Assembly (NCBI RefSeq): GCF_015905305.1
Contig: NZ_JADZLQ010000003.1
Location: forward strand, 678,201-742,200
DNA length: 64,000 bases
Direction of reading: 5' to 3'
Source of the DNA: Pinirhizobacter soli
GTDB taxonomy: Bacteria > Pseudomonadota > Gammaproteobacteria > Xanthomonadales > Rhodanobacteraceae
A program made the position numbers and the translations under genes. This document shows positions 1 through 9,793 of this stretch, piece after piece. The stretch's first letter is position 1. The number at the start of each line of letters is the position of its first letter. The notes under the pieces were generated by a model that was given only the letters and a program-made list of their open reading frames with translations, was not told the origin of the DNA and did not search any database.

Positions 1-329
1 ATGTCCGTGGCGGACAACGAATCGACGAAGGTGGGGGCATCGCGCTTGATGTCCTGCGCCTTCTCGACGGATGCACGGATGCCGGTCACCGTCACGGCCT
101 CGAGATTCTTCGCTTGCGCGGCGCCGGCCTGGCCGGATTTCTTCCCGCGCTGGTCGCTGGGGGGCGCTTTCGGCTGGCCCTGGTCCTGGCTCTGGACCGA
201 TTCCTGCGCGTGGGCGGCCGGCGGCGCGTGGAGCAAGGCCAGGCCCATCGCCATGGCGGCCGACAAGCGCGCCAGCGGAAACGGCCGGCCTGTGTTGTGT
301 CCCAATGACTCGTGCACTGTCTCGATCAT
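1..329 (-). CDS. TonB-dependent outer-membrane receptor, N-terminal part. The gene runs off the window start and is likely xylan/xylose-associated.
   Basis: The reverse-complement translation from the ATG (revcomp of 327-329) gives MIETVHESLGHNTGRPFPLARLSAAMAMGLALLHAPPAAHA followed by QESVQ...AKNLEAVTVTGIRASVEKAQDIKRDAPTFVDSLSATD. This is a signal peptide followed by the typical Xanthomonad TBDR N-terminal extension and plug start. It is not in the ORF track because no stop codon falls inside the window. Confidence 0.7.
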   Translation of the reverse strand, partial: MIETVHESLGHNTGRPFPLARLSAAMAMGLALLHAPPAAHAQESVQSQDQGQPKAPPSDQRGKKSGQAGAAQAKNLEAVTVTGIRASVEKAQDIKRDAPTFVDSLSATD

Positions 330-430
330 GGTCAAAGCCCTCCCCCCGGAGATGTTTGTGGTCGGCCGGGTGGATCGCCGGCTTCGATGTGGCCTTTCTT
401 AACTTCTGCCGCACTGACTGCATCGGGTGG

Positions 431-444
431 CGCCAGCGCCATGG
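431..444. promoter_or_regulatory. Candidate XylR operator-like motif (CGCCAGCGCCATGG), about 100 bp upstream of the TBDR start.
   Basis: It shares a CnCCAGCGCCrTGG core with a second copy at 6881-6894 in the xylB/xylR divergent region. Both lie in intergenic DNA upstream of xyl-locus genes. Confidence 0.3.
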
Positions 445-582
445 CGCCGCCTGTCCGGAGCAAACGTCGGACGTCCTCTTCGCTGGTGCGGATGCTGATG
501 TGACCGGCTGAGGTCAGACAATTACGAAATTGAAGGGGCCGGGTAACGTTTCTTCATTTGCGGTCGCCACATCGGCCGCCGC

Positions 583-2205
583 TTATCCCGCGTCGATCGC
601 GCGATAGCTGAAGTCGCGCGCGACGATGCTGCCTTCGCCGGCGCTGTAGATGCCGATCCTCAGGCTGAGAAAACCACCGAACACGTTGTGGTGGATGCCC
701 GAAACCTCCATGCGCAGGTCGTGCTTCACCCAGGTCTTTCCGCCATCGTGCGAGTAGTGGAAGGTCACCACGTGATGGTCGTTGGTCAGCCGCATGCGCA
801 CGCGGGTGGTGGCCATCGGCGCGCGCATCCAGGGCTGTTCCTGCGCATATTCGAATGTCTTCATCGTGTGCGGCGAGAAGCCGATGCCGACGAACGCCTT
901 CGGGTTGTAGAACAGTAGCAGGCCGCCTTCGGCCCCGCCGACAAGATCGAGGGTGACCTCCGCCATGTAGGCACGGTCGCCGGGCAGGCACGTCAGCGGC
1001 GGGCTGTCTGAAGGTGAGCTGCCGCGCGCGGCGATCCGCAGGCCGCCCGCTTCATGGCGGATCCGCCGGGTGTCTTCCGGCCGCGGATCGTGGAAGGACC
1101 ACTGCGCGCCGAGCGCGCCGGTGGCGAAGGCGTCCGACAAGGCCTGGCCCGATCGACCGCGGCGGCCGCCCTTCGGCTTGGGCAAGGGCCTTGAAAGATC
1201 ACCGCCGCGCGCCCTGAACCAGCCGTCGGCGGTCCATTCGATCGGTTCCAGCAGGGTCTGTCGCCCGAGCGTGCGGAAACCGTTCTCGTAGCCGTGGTAC
1301 ACCATCCACCAGTCACCCGCCGGCCCTTCCACCAGCGAGGCGTGGCCGCGCGACCACCACGGTTCGGCGGCGCTCGTCGTGCGCACCAACGGGTTGTGCG
1401 GGCAGTGTTCCCACGGGCCGTGGACGGACTTCGAGCGCGCCGTGATCACCATGTGCCCGGTCGGTGGACCGGCGGTGCCGCCGACCGCGGTGATCAGGTA
1501 GAACCATGCGCCATGCCGCAGCAGCTTGGGGCCTTCCGGCGCAAAGTCCTCCACTACCCAGTCGTCGGGATAGCGCCAGGGACTGTAGGCCTGCTGCAGC
1601 GCGCCATCGGCGGCGAGGCCGTTGTCGCTGAGGCGGATGTAGCGGATCCCGTTGACGAACAGGTAGCGCCGGCCGTCCTCGCCCACCACGTGGCCGGGAT
1701 CGATGCAGCCGCCGATCTTCATGTCGATGGGGTCGCTCCACGGACCTTCGATATGGTCGGCCCAGATCACGTGGATCGACCAACCGGTGTCGCCCACCAT
1801 GGCCGGGATGTAGATGAAGTAGCGTCCGGCGTGCCTGCACAGGTCCACCGCGAATACGTTGCCCAGCGGCCGGGTCAGCGCCGGCTTCAGTGGCACCCAG
1901 TTCACCAGGTCGGTGGAATGCCAGATCTCCAGGCCGGGAGAGGATTGGAACGACGTGAACGTCATGTAGTAGTCGTCGCCATCCTTGAGGATGGTCGGGT
2001 CCGGGTGGTCGCCGGCGACGATCGGGTTGCGGTAGGTGCCGTCGCCCAGGTCGGCCTGGCGTTGCCCTTCGATGCCCGTTCGCCAGCGGACGGGCGTTTC
2101 GTCGCGGCGCGCGCACGGGATCGCCGCGGCCGCCCGCAGGGAAAACGGGGCGGCGGCACCGGCCAGCACCAGCTTGAAAGCGTCGCGGCGGGAATGGTTC
2201 ACCAT
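583..2205 (-). CDS. Glycoside hydrolase family 43 (beta-xylosidase / alpha-L-arabinofuranosidase type) with a twin-arginine signal.
   Basis: The translation from the internal ATG at 2205 begins MVNHSRRDAFKLVLAGAAAPFSLRAAAA (SRRDAFK is a TAT motif). GH43 hallmarks such as GDHPDPTI, YYMTFTSF and WAPDI-like regions are present, with a C-terminal beta-sandwich. The ORF-track N-terminal extension to 2385 overlaps the next gene and is unlikely to be translated. Confidence 0.8.
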   Translation of the reverse strand: MVNHSRRDAFKLVLAGAAAPFSLRAAAAIPCARRDETPVRWRTGIEGQRQADLGDGTYRNPIVAGDHPDPTILKDGDDYYMTFTSFQSSPGLEIWHSTDLVNWVPLKPALTRPLGNVFAVDLCRHAGRYFIYIPAMVGDTGWSIHVIWADHIEGPWSDPIDMKIGGCIDPGHVVGEDGRRYLFVNGIRYIRLSDNGLAADGALQQAYSPWRYPDDWVVEDFAPEGPKLLRHGAWFYLITAVGGTAGPPTGHMVITARSKSVHGPWEHCPHNPLVRTTSAAEPWWSRGHASLVEGPAGDWWMVYHGYENGFRTLGRQTLLEPIEWTADGWFRARGGDLSRPLPKPKGGRRGRSGQALSDAFATGALGAQWSFHDPRPEDTRRIRHEAGGLRIAARGSSPSDSPPLTCLPGDRAYMAEVTLDLVGGAEGGLLLFYNPKAFVGIGFSPHTMKTFEYAQEQPWMRAPMATTRVRMRLTNDHHVVTFHYSHDGGKTWVKHDLRMEVSGIHHNVFGGFLSLRIGIYSAGEGSIVARDFSYRAIDAG

Positions 2206-2269
2206 GCGTGCGGGTCCTCGTGCTGGCGTTGCGGAAACGTCGTCCGCCCGGGGGATACGGCGCGGCGCC

Positions 2270-3703
2270 TCACCCTTCCATCTCCTCCAGCTCCTTGCCG
2301 CGCGTCTCGCGGACGCAGCGCAGCACGAACACCACCGACAGGGCGGCCGCGGCGGCGTACAGGCCATAGGTGCCGGCGAGCCCAATGCCAGTCAGCAGGA
2401 TCGGGAAGCTCACGGTGATGGCGAAGTTCGAGATCCACTGCGCCGCGCCCGCTACGGCCAGGCTGGAGCCGCGGATCTGGTTGGGGAACATCTCGCCCAG
2501 CATCACCCACATCACCGGTCCCCACGACATGTTGAAGAAGACCACGTAGATGTTGGCGGCGACCAGCGCCAGCGTGCCCATCGCCGGCGGCAGGCTGAGC
2601 TTGCCGCCGGCATCGATGCCGGCGCGCGCGAAGGCCCAGGCGACCAGGAGCAGGGCGACCGTCATGCCGGCCGAGCCGATCCACAGCAGCGGCTTGCGCC
2701 CGAGCCTGTCGATCTGGGCAACCGCAACCAGGCAGGCGCTGATGCTCAACGCGCCGCTCAGCACGTTGATCAGCAGCGCGTCGCTCTCGGAAAAGCCGAC
2801 CGCCTGCCACAGCACTGCGCCGTAGTAGAACACCACGTTGATGCCCACCAGCTGCTGGAAGGTGGCCAGGCCAATGCCCGTCCACACGATGGGGCGGATG
2901 CGGCCGCTCGCCTTGTCCCGCAGGTCCGAGAAACGGGGGCGATGGCGGTCCTGCGCCAGCGACGCGCCGATCTCGGCGAGTTTCGCGCGGGCTTCCGGTT
3001 CGCCGTACAGCCGCGTCAGCACGGCCGCGGCCTCGCGCTCGCGCTTTCGCACCACCAGGAAGCGCGGGCTCTCGGGAATGAACAGCAACGAGACCAGGAA
3101 CAGCGACGAGGGCAGCACCTGCATCCAGAACATCCAGCGCCACGCATCCTGGTGCAGCCACAGCACGCCGGTGGAAGCACCGGCGGCCCTGGCCAGCAGG
3201 TAGTTGCTGAGGAAGGCGCTGAACAGGCCGCTGATGATGGCGATCTGCTGCACCGTGGCGAGGCGGCCGCGGTAGCGTGCCGGCGCGACCTCGGCGATAT
3301 AGGCCGGCGCGATCACGCTGGCCGCGCCGACGGCGAAGCCGCCGGTGATGCGTGCGATCACGAAGAACGTCGCGCTCCATGCCGAGCCTGCGCCGAGCGC
3401 CGACAGCAAGAACAGCAGCGCCGAGACGATCAGCACCGCGCGTCGCCCCCCGTAGTCGGCGACGCGCCCGGCGAAGAACGCGCCAAGGGCGCAGCCGAGC
3501 AGCATCGAGGCGACCTCGAAGCCGATCTGCGCCGCGCTGGAGTGGAAGGTCTGTTTCAGCCCGTCGACGGTGCCGTTGATGACGCCGCTGTCGAAGCCGA
3601 ACAGGAAGCCGCCGAGGGTGGCGATGCAACTGATCTGGACGATGAGCCGGGTGTTTTCCGCTTGCTTCGCGACAACCGCGTCGTCGAGCAGGACGCTCTT
3701 CAT
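2270..3703 (-). CDS. MFS sugar:H+ symporter, XylE-like (xylose/pentose transporter).
   Basis: From M99 of the track ORF (ATG = revcomp of 3701-3703) the translation reads MKSVLLDDAVVAKQAENTRLIVQISCIATLGGFLFGFDSGVINGT. It carries the sugar-porter signature GRVADYGGRR, 12 predicted TM segments, and sits in a xyl operon. Confidence 0.8.
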   Translation of the reverse strand: MKSVLLDDAVVAKQAENTRLIVQISCIATLGGFLFGFDSGVINGTVDGLKQTFHSSAAQIGFEVASMLLGCALGAFFAGRVADYGGRRAVLIVSALLFLLSALGAGSAWSATFFVIARITGGFAVGAASVIAPAYIAEVAPARYRGRLATVQQIAIISGLFSAFLSNYLLARAAGASTGVLWLHQDAWRWMFWMQVLPSSLFLVSLLFIPESPRFLVVRKREREAAAVLTRLYGEPEARAKLAEIGASLAQDRHRPRFSDLRDKASGRIRPIVWTGIGLATFQQLVGINVVFYYGAVLWQAVGFSESDALLINVLSGALSISACLVAVAQIDRLGRKPLLWIGSAGMTVALLLVAWAFARAGIDAGGKLSLPPAMGTLALVAANIYVVFFNMSWGPVMWVMLGEMFPNQIRGSSLAVAGAAQWISNFAITVSFPILLTGIGLAGTYGLYAAAAALSVVFVLRCVRETRGKELEEMEG

Positions 3704-3761
3704 TGGTCGGTATCCCATGGTCGTTCCGGTTCCTGCCCGGTCGGCAGGCTGTGGCCGTCCA

Positions 3762-5099
3762 TCAGCGCAGCAGGTACTGGTTGAGCAGGTTTTCGTAGCA
3801 CTCCTGCCGGCCGCTGCGCTTGGCCGGCTCGCCATGCCCGGCGGCGAAGTCACGCAACTGCGCCAGGCTGAACCTGCCCTGTTCGAAATCGCGGCCGGCG
3901 CCTTCGTCGAAGCTGGCGTAGCGCTCGGCCCGCCACTTTTCCAGCGGCGATCGCGTGAGCAGTGCATGCGCCACTTCCAGCCCACGCGCGAAGGCATCCA
4001 TGCCGCCGATATGGGCGAGGAAGAGGTCCTCGCCGTCAGTCGATTCGCGACGCACCTTGGCGTCGAAGTTCAGCCCGCCCGGCGCCATGCCGCCCTGCCG
4101 CAGCACCACCAGCATGGCACCGACCGCATCGTACAGGTCGGTGGGGAACTGGTCGGTGTCCCAGCCGTTCTGCGCGTTGCCGCGGTTGGCATCGATGCTG
4201 CCGAGCAGGCCGTGGTCGGAGGCCACCTGCAGGTCGTGCTCGAAGGTATGGCCCGACAGCGTGGCGTGGTTGGCCTCGATGTTGAGCTTGAAGTCCTGCG
4301 CCAGCCCATGCCGGTGAAGGAATCCGGCGACCGTGGCCGCGTCGAAATCGTACTGGTGCTTCATCGGCTCCATCGGCTTGGGCTCGATCAGGAACACGCC
4401 CTCGAAGCCGATGCTGCGGCCGTAATCGCGCGCCATGGCGAGGAAGCGCGCGAAGTGGTCCAGCTCGCGCTTCATGTGCGTGTTGTGCAGCGAGGCGTAG
4501 CCTTCGCGGCCGCCCCAGAACACGTAGTTGCTGCCGCCCAGTTCGACCGTGGCGTCCAGCGCCGCCTTGACCTGCACCGCCGCGCGCGCCACCACCGCGA
4601 AATCCGGGTTGGTCGCCGCGCCGTTCATGTAGCGCGGGTGGCTGAACAGGTTGGCCGTGCCCCACAGCAGCCGGACGCCGGTGGCCTGCTGGCGTTCCCT
4701 GGCCAGCGCGACCATGTGCCGGAGGTTGGCCTCGTACTCGCCCACGTCGTCGTCGTCCGGCGCCATGTCGATGTCGTGGAAGCAGTAGTACGGCACGCCG
4801 AGCTTGGTGAAGAACTCGAACGCGGCATCCATCCTGGCCTCGGCGCGCACCAGCGGCGCGGCGTCGGCGTCCCACGGGTACACGCGCGTGCCCGGCCCGA
4901 ACGGATCGTGGCCCGCGTTGCCGAAGCTGTGCCAGTAGCACACGGCGAAGCGGAGATGCTCGGCCATCGTCCTGTCGCCGATCTTCCGTTTCGCATCGTA
5001 GTGCTTGAAGGCGAGCGGGTTGTCCGACGCGGGCCCTTCGAAGGGAATGCGGCCGATGCCAGGGAAGTATTCACGCTTGCCTATGAAAGGGGTGCCCAT
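3762..5099 (-). CDS. xylA: Xylose isomerase.
   Basis: The 445-aa ORF shows [25 protein letters not shown] and [12 protein letters not shown], a full-length class II XylA signature. Confidence 0.95.
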   Translation of the reverse strand: MGTPFIGKREYFPGIGRIPFEGPASDNPLAFKHYDAKRKIGDRTMAEHLRFAVCYWHSFGNAGHDPFGPGTRVYPWDADAAPLVRAEARMDAAFEFFTKLGVPYYCFHDIDMAPDDDDVGEYEANLRHMVALARERQQATGVRLLWGTANLFSHPRYMNGAATNPDFAVVARAAVQVKAALDATVELGGSNYVFWGGREGYASLHNTHMKRELDHFARFLAMARDYGRSIGFEGVFLIEPKPMEPMKHQYDFDAATVAGFLHRHGLAQDFKLNIEANHATLSGHTFEHDLQVASDHGLLGSIDANRGNAQNGWDTDQFPTDLYDAVGAMLVVLRQGGMAPGGLNFDAKVRRESTDGEDLFLAHIGGMDAFARGLEVAHALLTRSPLEKWRAERYASFDEGAGRDFEQGRFSLAQLRDFAAGHGEPAKRSGRQECYENLLNQYLLR

Positions 5100-5150
5100 G
5101 GGGATGTCGCGTCCTGTTCGGGAAGTGGGTGGATGCAGCCTCGGAGAGGG

Positions 5151-6668
5151 TCAGGTCGCCGCGACCGCCTGCGGGTTCGCGTAGAGCGACCGGGCCGCGT
5201 CGAGGTAGCGCAGGAAGCGGTGGTAGGGCTCTCGGTAGCGCGCGATGTTTTCAGGGTCGGGGCGCACCGACAGCCGCGGGTCGACCTGGACGTGCTCGCG
5301 GACGACGCTGGCGAGTTCCGTCCGGTCGCCGCCGGCGAGATCGTGCGCCCGCAGCGCCTGCAGCGCGGCGCCGAACGCGGCGCCTTCGGCCTGCAGCGGT
5401 ACGTCTACCGGCAGCGCGAACACGTCCGCCACCATCTGCCGCCAGTTCGCGCTACGGCTGCCGCCGCCGGTGAGGCGGATCGCATCGAAGCGCAGCCCGG
5501 CCGTGCCTAGCGCTTCGTAGCCGTGGCGCAGCGCGTACGTCGCGCCCTCCATCGCTGCGCGATAGAGGTTGGCGCGCGTCAGGTTGTCAAGGTCCATGCC
5601 GTGCAGGCTGCCGCGCGCGTGCGGCAGGTCTGGCGTGCGCTCGCCGTTGAGGAACGGGAGCATCACCAGGCCTCCGGCGCCCGGCGCGGTGCCGGCCATC
5701 GATGCGTCGCCGTCGCGGGCGTCGAAGCCGAAGGTCCGCGCCACGCTCTCGGTGGCGACGGTGCAGTTCATGGTGCAGACGAGCGGCAGCCAGCCGCCGT
5801 CGGACGTGCAGAAGGCCGCCCACCGCGCCGCATCGTCCACCACCGGGCGATCGGCATGCGTGAACAGCGTGCCCGAGGTGCCCAGGCTCATGCCGAGCAT
5901 CCTGGGTGCGATGTTGCCGGTGCCGATCGCCGCCATCATGTTGTCGCCGCCCCCGGCCGACACGCGCACCGATCTCGGCAGGTCGAGCCGGCCGGCGATC
6001 GCGGGCGCGATGGGAAAGCTGGCCTCCGGGACGACCAGCGGCGGCAGGCAGGCGGAAAGGTCGCGCTCCGGATCCGTCGCCGCCAGCATCTCCATCGACC
6101 AGCGGCGCGTGCGCACGTCCAGCCAGCCGGTGCCCGAGGCGTCGCCGCATTCCATCCAGTATTCGCCGGTGAGCCAGAAGTTCACGTAGTCGTGCGGCAG
6201 CAGAATGGTGGCGAGCTGCCGGTAGACCTCGGGGCGATGCCTGCGCGTCCATGGCAGTTTCGATGCCGTGTAGCCGGCGAGGATCGGGTTGCCCGCGATT
6301 TCCACACAACGCCGCGCGCCGCCGGCGGCGGCCATGATCTCGTCGCATTCGCGCTGGCTGCTGGTGTCGCACCACAGCTTGACCGGCGCAAGCACGCGGC
6401 CTGCGGCGTCGAGCGGCACGAAGCCGTGCTGCTGGCCGGACACGCCGATGGCGACGACGCGCGCGCGCGTGGCCGCGTCCAGCTGGGCGAAGCAGGCCAC
6501 GATCGCGTCGATCCATGCCTCGGCCCGCTGCTCGCGCCGGCCGTCGTCGCCGGCCTGGAGCTCGAGGGGATGGCCGTGCGTGGCGAGCGTGCGCCGCGCT
6601 GCGCCGTCGTAGGCGATCAGCTTGACGCCCTGGGTTCCCACATCGAGTCCCACCACCAGGCGGCTCAT
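5151..6668 (-). CDS. xylB: Xylulokinase (FGGY family).
   Basis: The 505-aa ORF begins MSRLVVGLDVGTQGVKLIAY and has the FGGY C-terminal motifs (GGGSRSANWRQMVADVF). It sits immediately upstream of xylA. Confidence 0.9.
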   Translation of the reverse strand: MSRLVVGLDVGTQGVKLIAYDGAARRTLATHGHPLELQAGDDGRREQRAEAWIDAIVACFAQLDAATRARVVAIGVSGQQHGFVPLDAAGRVLAPVKLWCDTSSQRECDEIMAAAGGARRCVEIAGNPILAGYTASKLPWTRRHRPEVYRQLATILLPHDYVNFWLTGEYWMECGDASGTGWLDVRTRRWSMEMLAATDPERDLSACLPPLVVPEASFPIAPAIAGRLDLPRSVRVSAGGGDNMMAAIGTGNIAPRMLGMSLGTSGTLFTHADRPVVDDAARWAAFCTSDGGWLPLVCTMNCTVATESVARTFGFDARDGDASMAGTAPGAGGLVMLPFLNGERTPDLPHARGSLHGMDLDNLTRANLYRAAMEGATYALRHGYEALGTAGLRFDAIRLTGGGSRSANWRQMVADVFALPVDVPLQAEGAAFGAALQALRAHDLAGGDRTELASVVREHVQVDPRLSVRPDPENIARYREPYHRFLRYLDAARSLYANPQAVAAT

Positions 6669-6880
6669 GCGTCGTCACCGCTCCCGCACGGCGCGGCCGG
6701 CACGGGCCGGATCGCTGCACACGTGGCGCGGACGTGGCCGGCAGCGCCCTGCGCCGGTCGTACGACGGTGTCGTTGGCGCCGGTCGTCGCGCGCCTTGTC
6801 CGATGGAAGTGACGCATGGCAGGCCTCCCGTTACCGCCGGGATGCTGCAGCCGGCATGCCAGCGCCGCAATTGTGAAATC

Positions 6881-6894
6881 CACCAGCGCCGTGG
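6881..6894. promoter_or_regulatory. Candidate XylR operator in the divergent xylB / xylR promoter region. The core is CACCAGCGCCGTGG inside the palindrome ATCCAC-N7-GTGGAT at 6878-6896.
   Basis: This is a perfect 6-bp inverted repeat around a CAGCGCC core, and the core is repeated upstream of the TBDR gene (431-444). It lies about 100 bp upstream of the xylR ATG. Confidence 0.3.
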
Positions 6895-6992
6895 ATCTTT
6901 TTCTCTGTCGCATTGCGTCATGTCGGGCAGCGGCGGAACGAGTAGTGTCGCAAGTCTCTGCGCTGCCGCAGCAAGCCGGCTTCCGATACGCC

Positions 6993-8162
6993 ATGTCGTC
7001 ATCCCACCGCATCGCCCTGCTTTTCAACGCGAACAAGGTCTACGACCGGCAGGTCATCGCGGGCATCGGCCAGTACCTGAAGTCCACTCGCGTGGAGTGG
7101 GACCTCTTCATGGAGGAAGACTTCCTCTGCCGCACGCTGGGCATCCATCACTGGCGCGGCGACGGCATCATCGCCGACTTCGATGATCCTGCCGTGGCCG
7201 AAACGCTGGCGGACATGCCGATTCCCGTGGTAGCGGTCGGCGGCTCCTACGCCGATGCCGGCCAGTACCCCGTGCGCACGCCCTATGTGGCGACCGACAA
7301 CATCCGGCTGGTGCGCCTGGCGTACGACCACCTCATCGAGCAGGGCCTGGAGCGCTTCGCCTTCTACGGCCTGCCCCCCATGCCCGGCAACCGCTGGGCT
7401 CAGGAGCGCGAGAACGCGTTTCGCCGGATGATCGACGCCGACAAGCTGGAAGGGCTGGTTTACCGCGGCTCGCCCACCAGCGCGGGCGGCTGGGGCCGCG
7501 CGCAGGAGGACATGGTGGCATGGGTGCTCTCGTTACCCAAGCCGATCGGCATCATCGCCGTCACCGATGCGCGCGCGCGCCAGCTGCTGCAGGCCTGCGT
7601 AGTGGCGGACGTGCCGGTCCCAGACCAGATCGCCGTGGTCGGCATCGACAACGATCCGATGGCGCAATTGTTCAGCCGCATCACGCTCACCTCGGTGATC
7701 CAGGGCGCGGAGGAGATGGGCCGCGCGGCGGCACAGCTGCTGCACCAGATGATGCATGGTGGCGTGGCGGCCGGCACGCGCATCGTGGTGCCTCCGGTGG
7801 GCATCAACGTGCAGTCCAGCAGTCTGCACCAGCCGAGCAGGAGCCCGCACGTGATGCGTGCCAGGCACTACATCCGCCAGTACGCCTGCCTGGGCATCAA
7901 GACCGAGCAGGTGGCCGACTACGTGGGCATCTCGCGCACGCTGCTGGAAGAACATTTCAAGCGCGAACTGAAGAAGACCGTGCACCAGACCATCCTCGAG
8001 CACAAGCTGGAGATCGCGCGCGGCCTGCTCGCCGATCCGTCCATCCCGCTGGCCGACGTGGCGGTGCGTAGCGGCTTCACCTCGCTGCAATACATGTACG
8101 CAGTGTTCCGGCGCGAGTTCAACTGCACGCCGCGGCAGTTCGTCGAGAAGGCTGGGGTCTAG
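6993..8162 (+). CDS. xylR: Xylose operon regulator XylR: AraC-family activator with a periplasmic-binding-protein-like sensor domain, E. coli type.
   Basis: From the ATG at 6993: MSSSHRIALLFNANKVYDRQVIAGIGQYL...WDLFMEEDFL...GDGIIADFDD...GIIAVTDARARQLLQ...IDND, with a C-terminal AraC HTH. This is near-colinear with E. coli XylR (ITLLFNANKAYDRQVVEGVGEYL...IIAVTDARARHILQ). Confidence 0.9.
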   Translation: MSSSHRIALLFNANKVYDRQVIAGIGQYLKSTRVEWDLFMEEDFLCRTLGIHHWRGDGIIADFDDPAVAETLADMPIPVVAVGGSYADAGQYPVRTPYVATDNIRLVRLAYDHLIEQGLERFAFYGLPPMPGNRWAQERENAFRRMIDADKLEGLVYRGSPTSAGGWGRAQEDMVAWVLSLPKPIGIIAVTDARARQLLQACVVADVPVPDQIAVVGIDNDPMAQLFSRITLTSVIQGAEEMGRAAAQLLHQMMHGGVAAGTRIVVPPVGINVQSSSLHQPSRSPHVMRARHYIRQYACLGIKTEQVADYVGISRTLLEEHFKRELKKTVHQTILEHKLEIARGLLADPSIPLADVAVRSGFTSLQYMYAVFRREFNCTPRQFVEKAGV

Positions 8163-8770
8163 GGCCTGTTTATGGCCTCCCACCGCTCACTCTGTGGGAA
8201 TATCCGAACTGAGAGCGCTCGAGCCATAAGTGGCTGTCTAGCGAAGCCCCGGTCCGACTATAGCTTTCTGGGAATCATAAGTTGGCCATTCCGGCCAGAC
8301 CATGGCTTCCAGAACACTGGTGGGCGATCCAGCAATGATTGACCGCAGGGGTCCGCCATAATTTGTCCGTTGAAGCGGACATTTGTAGCAAAATCAAAGA
8401 ACTAGGCCCTTAATTGGTTTAGCAGAGCGCCCGATCTTACGCACATCGATGAAGTTGATCAGTAGGGCCGATCGATCATGATCAGCGCACCGGCATCCTG
8501 ATCAGCGTGAGGCCACCGGCCGGAATCGGCCACAACCAGGCGCACGCGAGGTGACTTTACACCGGACGTGGTGGTGAGAAGTAGCCATGGCACTAGACCC
8601 CCTGACGCGCGCGAAGGCCGAGATTGCACCGAGCGCCAAACAAACTGGACACCGCCGCCAGCCACCTGTGCGTTTGTTAAGCGCCGACCTCTTCACTTCG
8701 CTCCGTTCGAACAAGCCTTCCGTGGGAACGTACCCATGTCGACAGCACACTTATCGATGACAAACTGTGG

Positions 8771-9793
8771 ATGAGTCTTGGCCTACATCGCTTTTTAGCC
8801 CGGCCTACCATGTACGCAATGGTCGACGAAGCCACGCAGTTTATTCTTGCATACTGGATTTGCTTCGGACGCCGCGGCGGTGATGCATTGGCATGCTTGC
8901 TACGAGACTGCATTCGACGCCATGGCCGGTTGCCTTGGAGTACGGCCGTTGACCAGGGTGGTGAGAACATAGGTTTGTACTACACGGGCGTCACGGCCAT
9001 CCACGTGGTCGACTACGAACTGCGGGGCGCTAGTGCGTCACGGTGGGGCGGTGTCGTAGAAGCGTTTAATCACCGATCACAACAGCGCATCTTTCATCAA
9101 CTTCCCGGAAACACGAAAAATGACAGGCTGGGCCGGTCCGGCAACAAACAGACCCGTTCCGATGCTCACGCCAAGCTTGAGATACTTAGGTTCTTATGCC
9201 TTGCCGAAGACGGGATTAACCTCCTGAATGATCGACCAACCGGCACCGAGCTGCCTTCGCCTGGCGAGCTGCTTGAAGCAGGTAACAAGACGTTTGCCAC
9301 CCTCGCTCGCAGGATTGAGCTCACCGGTGAAGTATTGGCGGCGACGGCGATTCCCGTGGAAGAGCCACGCGTCATCCACTACAACAAGGGCATTCGCTTT
9401 GAACGTCGCGACTATACCGGCACCGCCCTTCACGACTCGCGCTTGGACGGACAAAAGGTCCCGATTCGCTACGAGCCATATGACCCCACAACGATCTACG
9501 CATGCATTCACGGCTCGTGGTACGCACTTCACAGTGCCGCGCATACGCGAGTTCAGCACCTTGACCAGTTAGCCAAAAACGCGGAACTGTATTATCAATT
9601 TGATACCGGCGGCGCGCAAAAGGCCAAGAAAAATGCTGTTGATTTCGATCTTGCGCGAGGTCAGGCAGACCACATTCGCGCGCAGGAACGGAGTGATTGT
9701 GAGCGACAAGAGGCGGCGCTCGCCAGTAGTGCAGAGGAAGACATTTTTGCGCAGATTAGGAGGGCTAACCATGCCAGAACTTCACAAGCATAA
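8771..9793 (+). pseudogene. 5'-truncated Mu/Tn7-type DDE transposase (TnsB/TniA-like). Only the C-terminal catalytic portion is present.
   Basis: The 340-aa ORF contains AVDQGGENIG (DxGxE-type second Asp region) and RWGGVVEAFNHRSQQRIFHQLPG (G.vERff.tl-type third-Glu region of rve-fold transposases). It lacks the first catalytic Asp and the N-terminal DNA-binding domains. An out-of-frame 68-aa ORF (8568-8774) lies directly upstream. Confidence 0.5.

Noticed and set aside
1-511. Plus-strand ORFs 1-402, 71-511, 114-308 and 312-503 at the window start.
   Set aside because: The minus strand encodes an unmistakable TonB-dependent receptor N-terminus (signal peptide plus AVTVTGIR...DAPTFVDSLSATD). 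The plus-strand ORFs are high-GC antisense artifacts.
2036-7002. Long overlapping ORFs antisense to xylE, xylA and xylB (for example 2036-3784 +, 2199-3629 -, 3570-5510 +, 5523-6812 + and 5587-7002 -).
   Set aside because: The opposite or other frames carry textbook XylE, XylA and XylB sequences. The Arg/Ala/Pro-rich translations are typical GC-rich spurious frames.
8318-8326. CTGGTGGGC near the left island boundary, as a possible direct repeat of the tRNA 3' end (att site).
   Set aside because: Only 8-9 bp match the tRNA 3' end (TGGTGGGCCCACC). This is too short to call an attL/attR duplication, and no integrase gene is present.
8163-8770. Small ORFs at 8459-8665, 8502-8750 and 8677-8970 (minus strand) in the island's left boundary region.
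   Set aside because: They are short, mutually overlapping and lack motifs. The region more likely holds degraded element-end sequence than genes.
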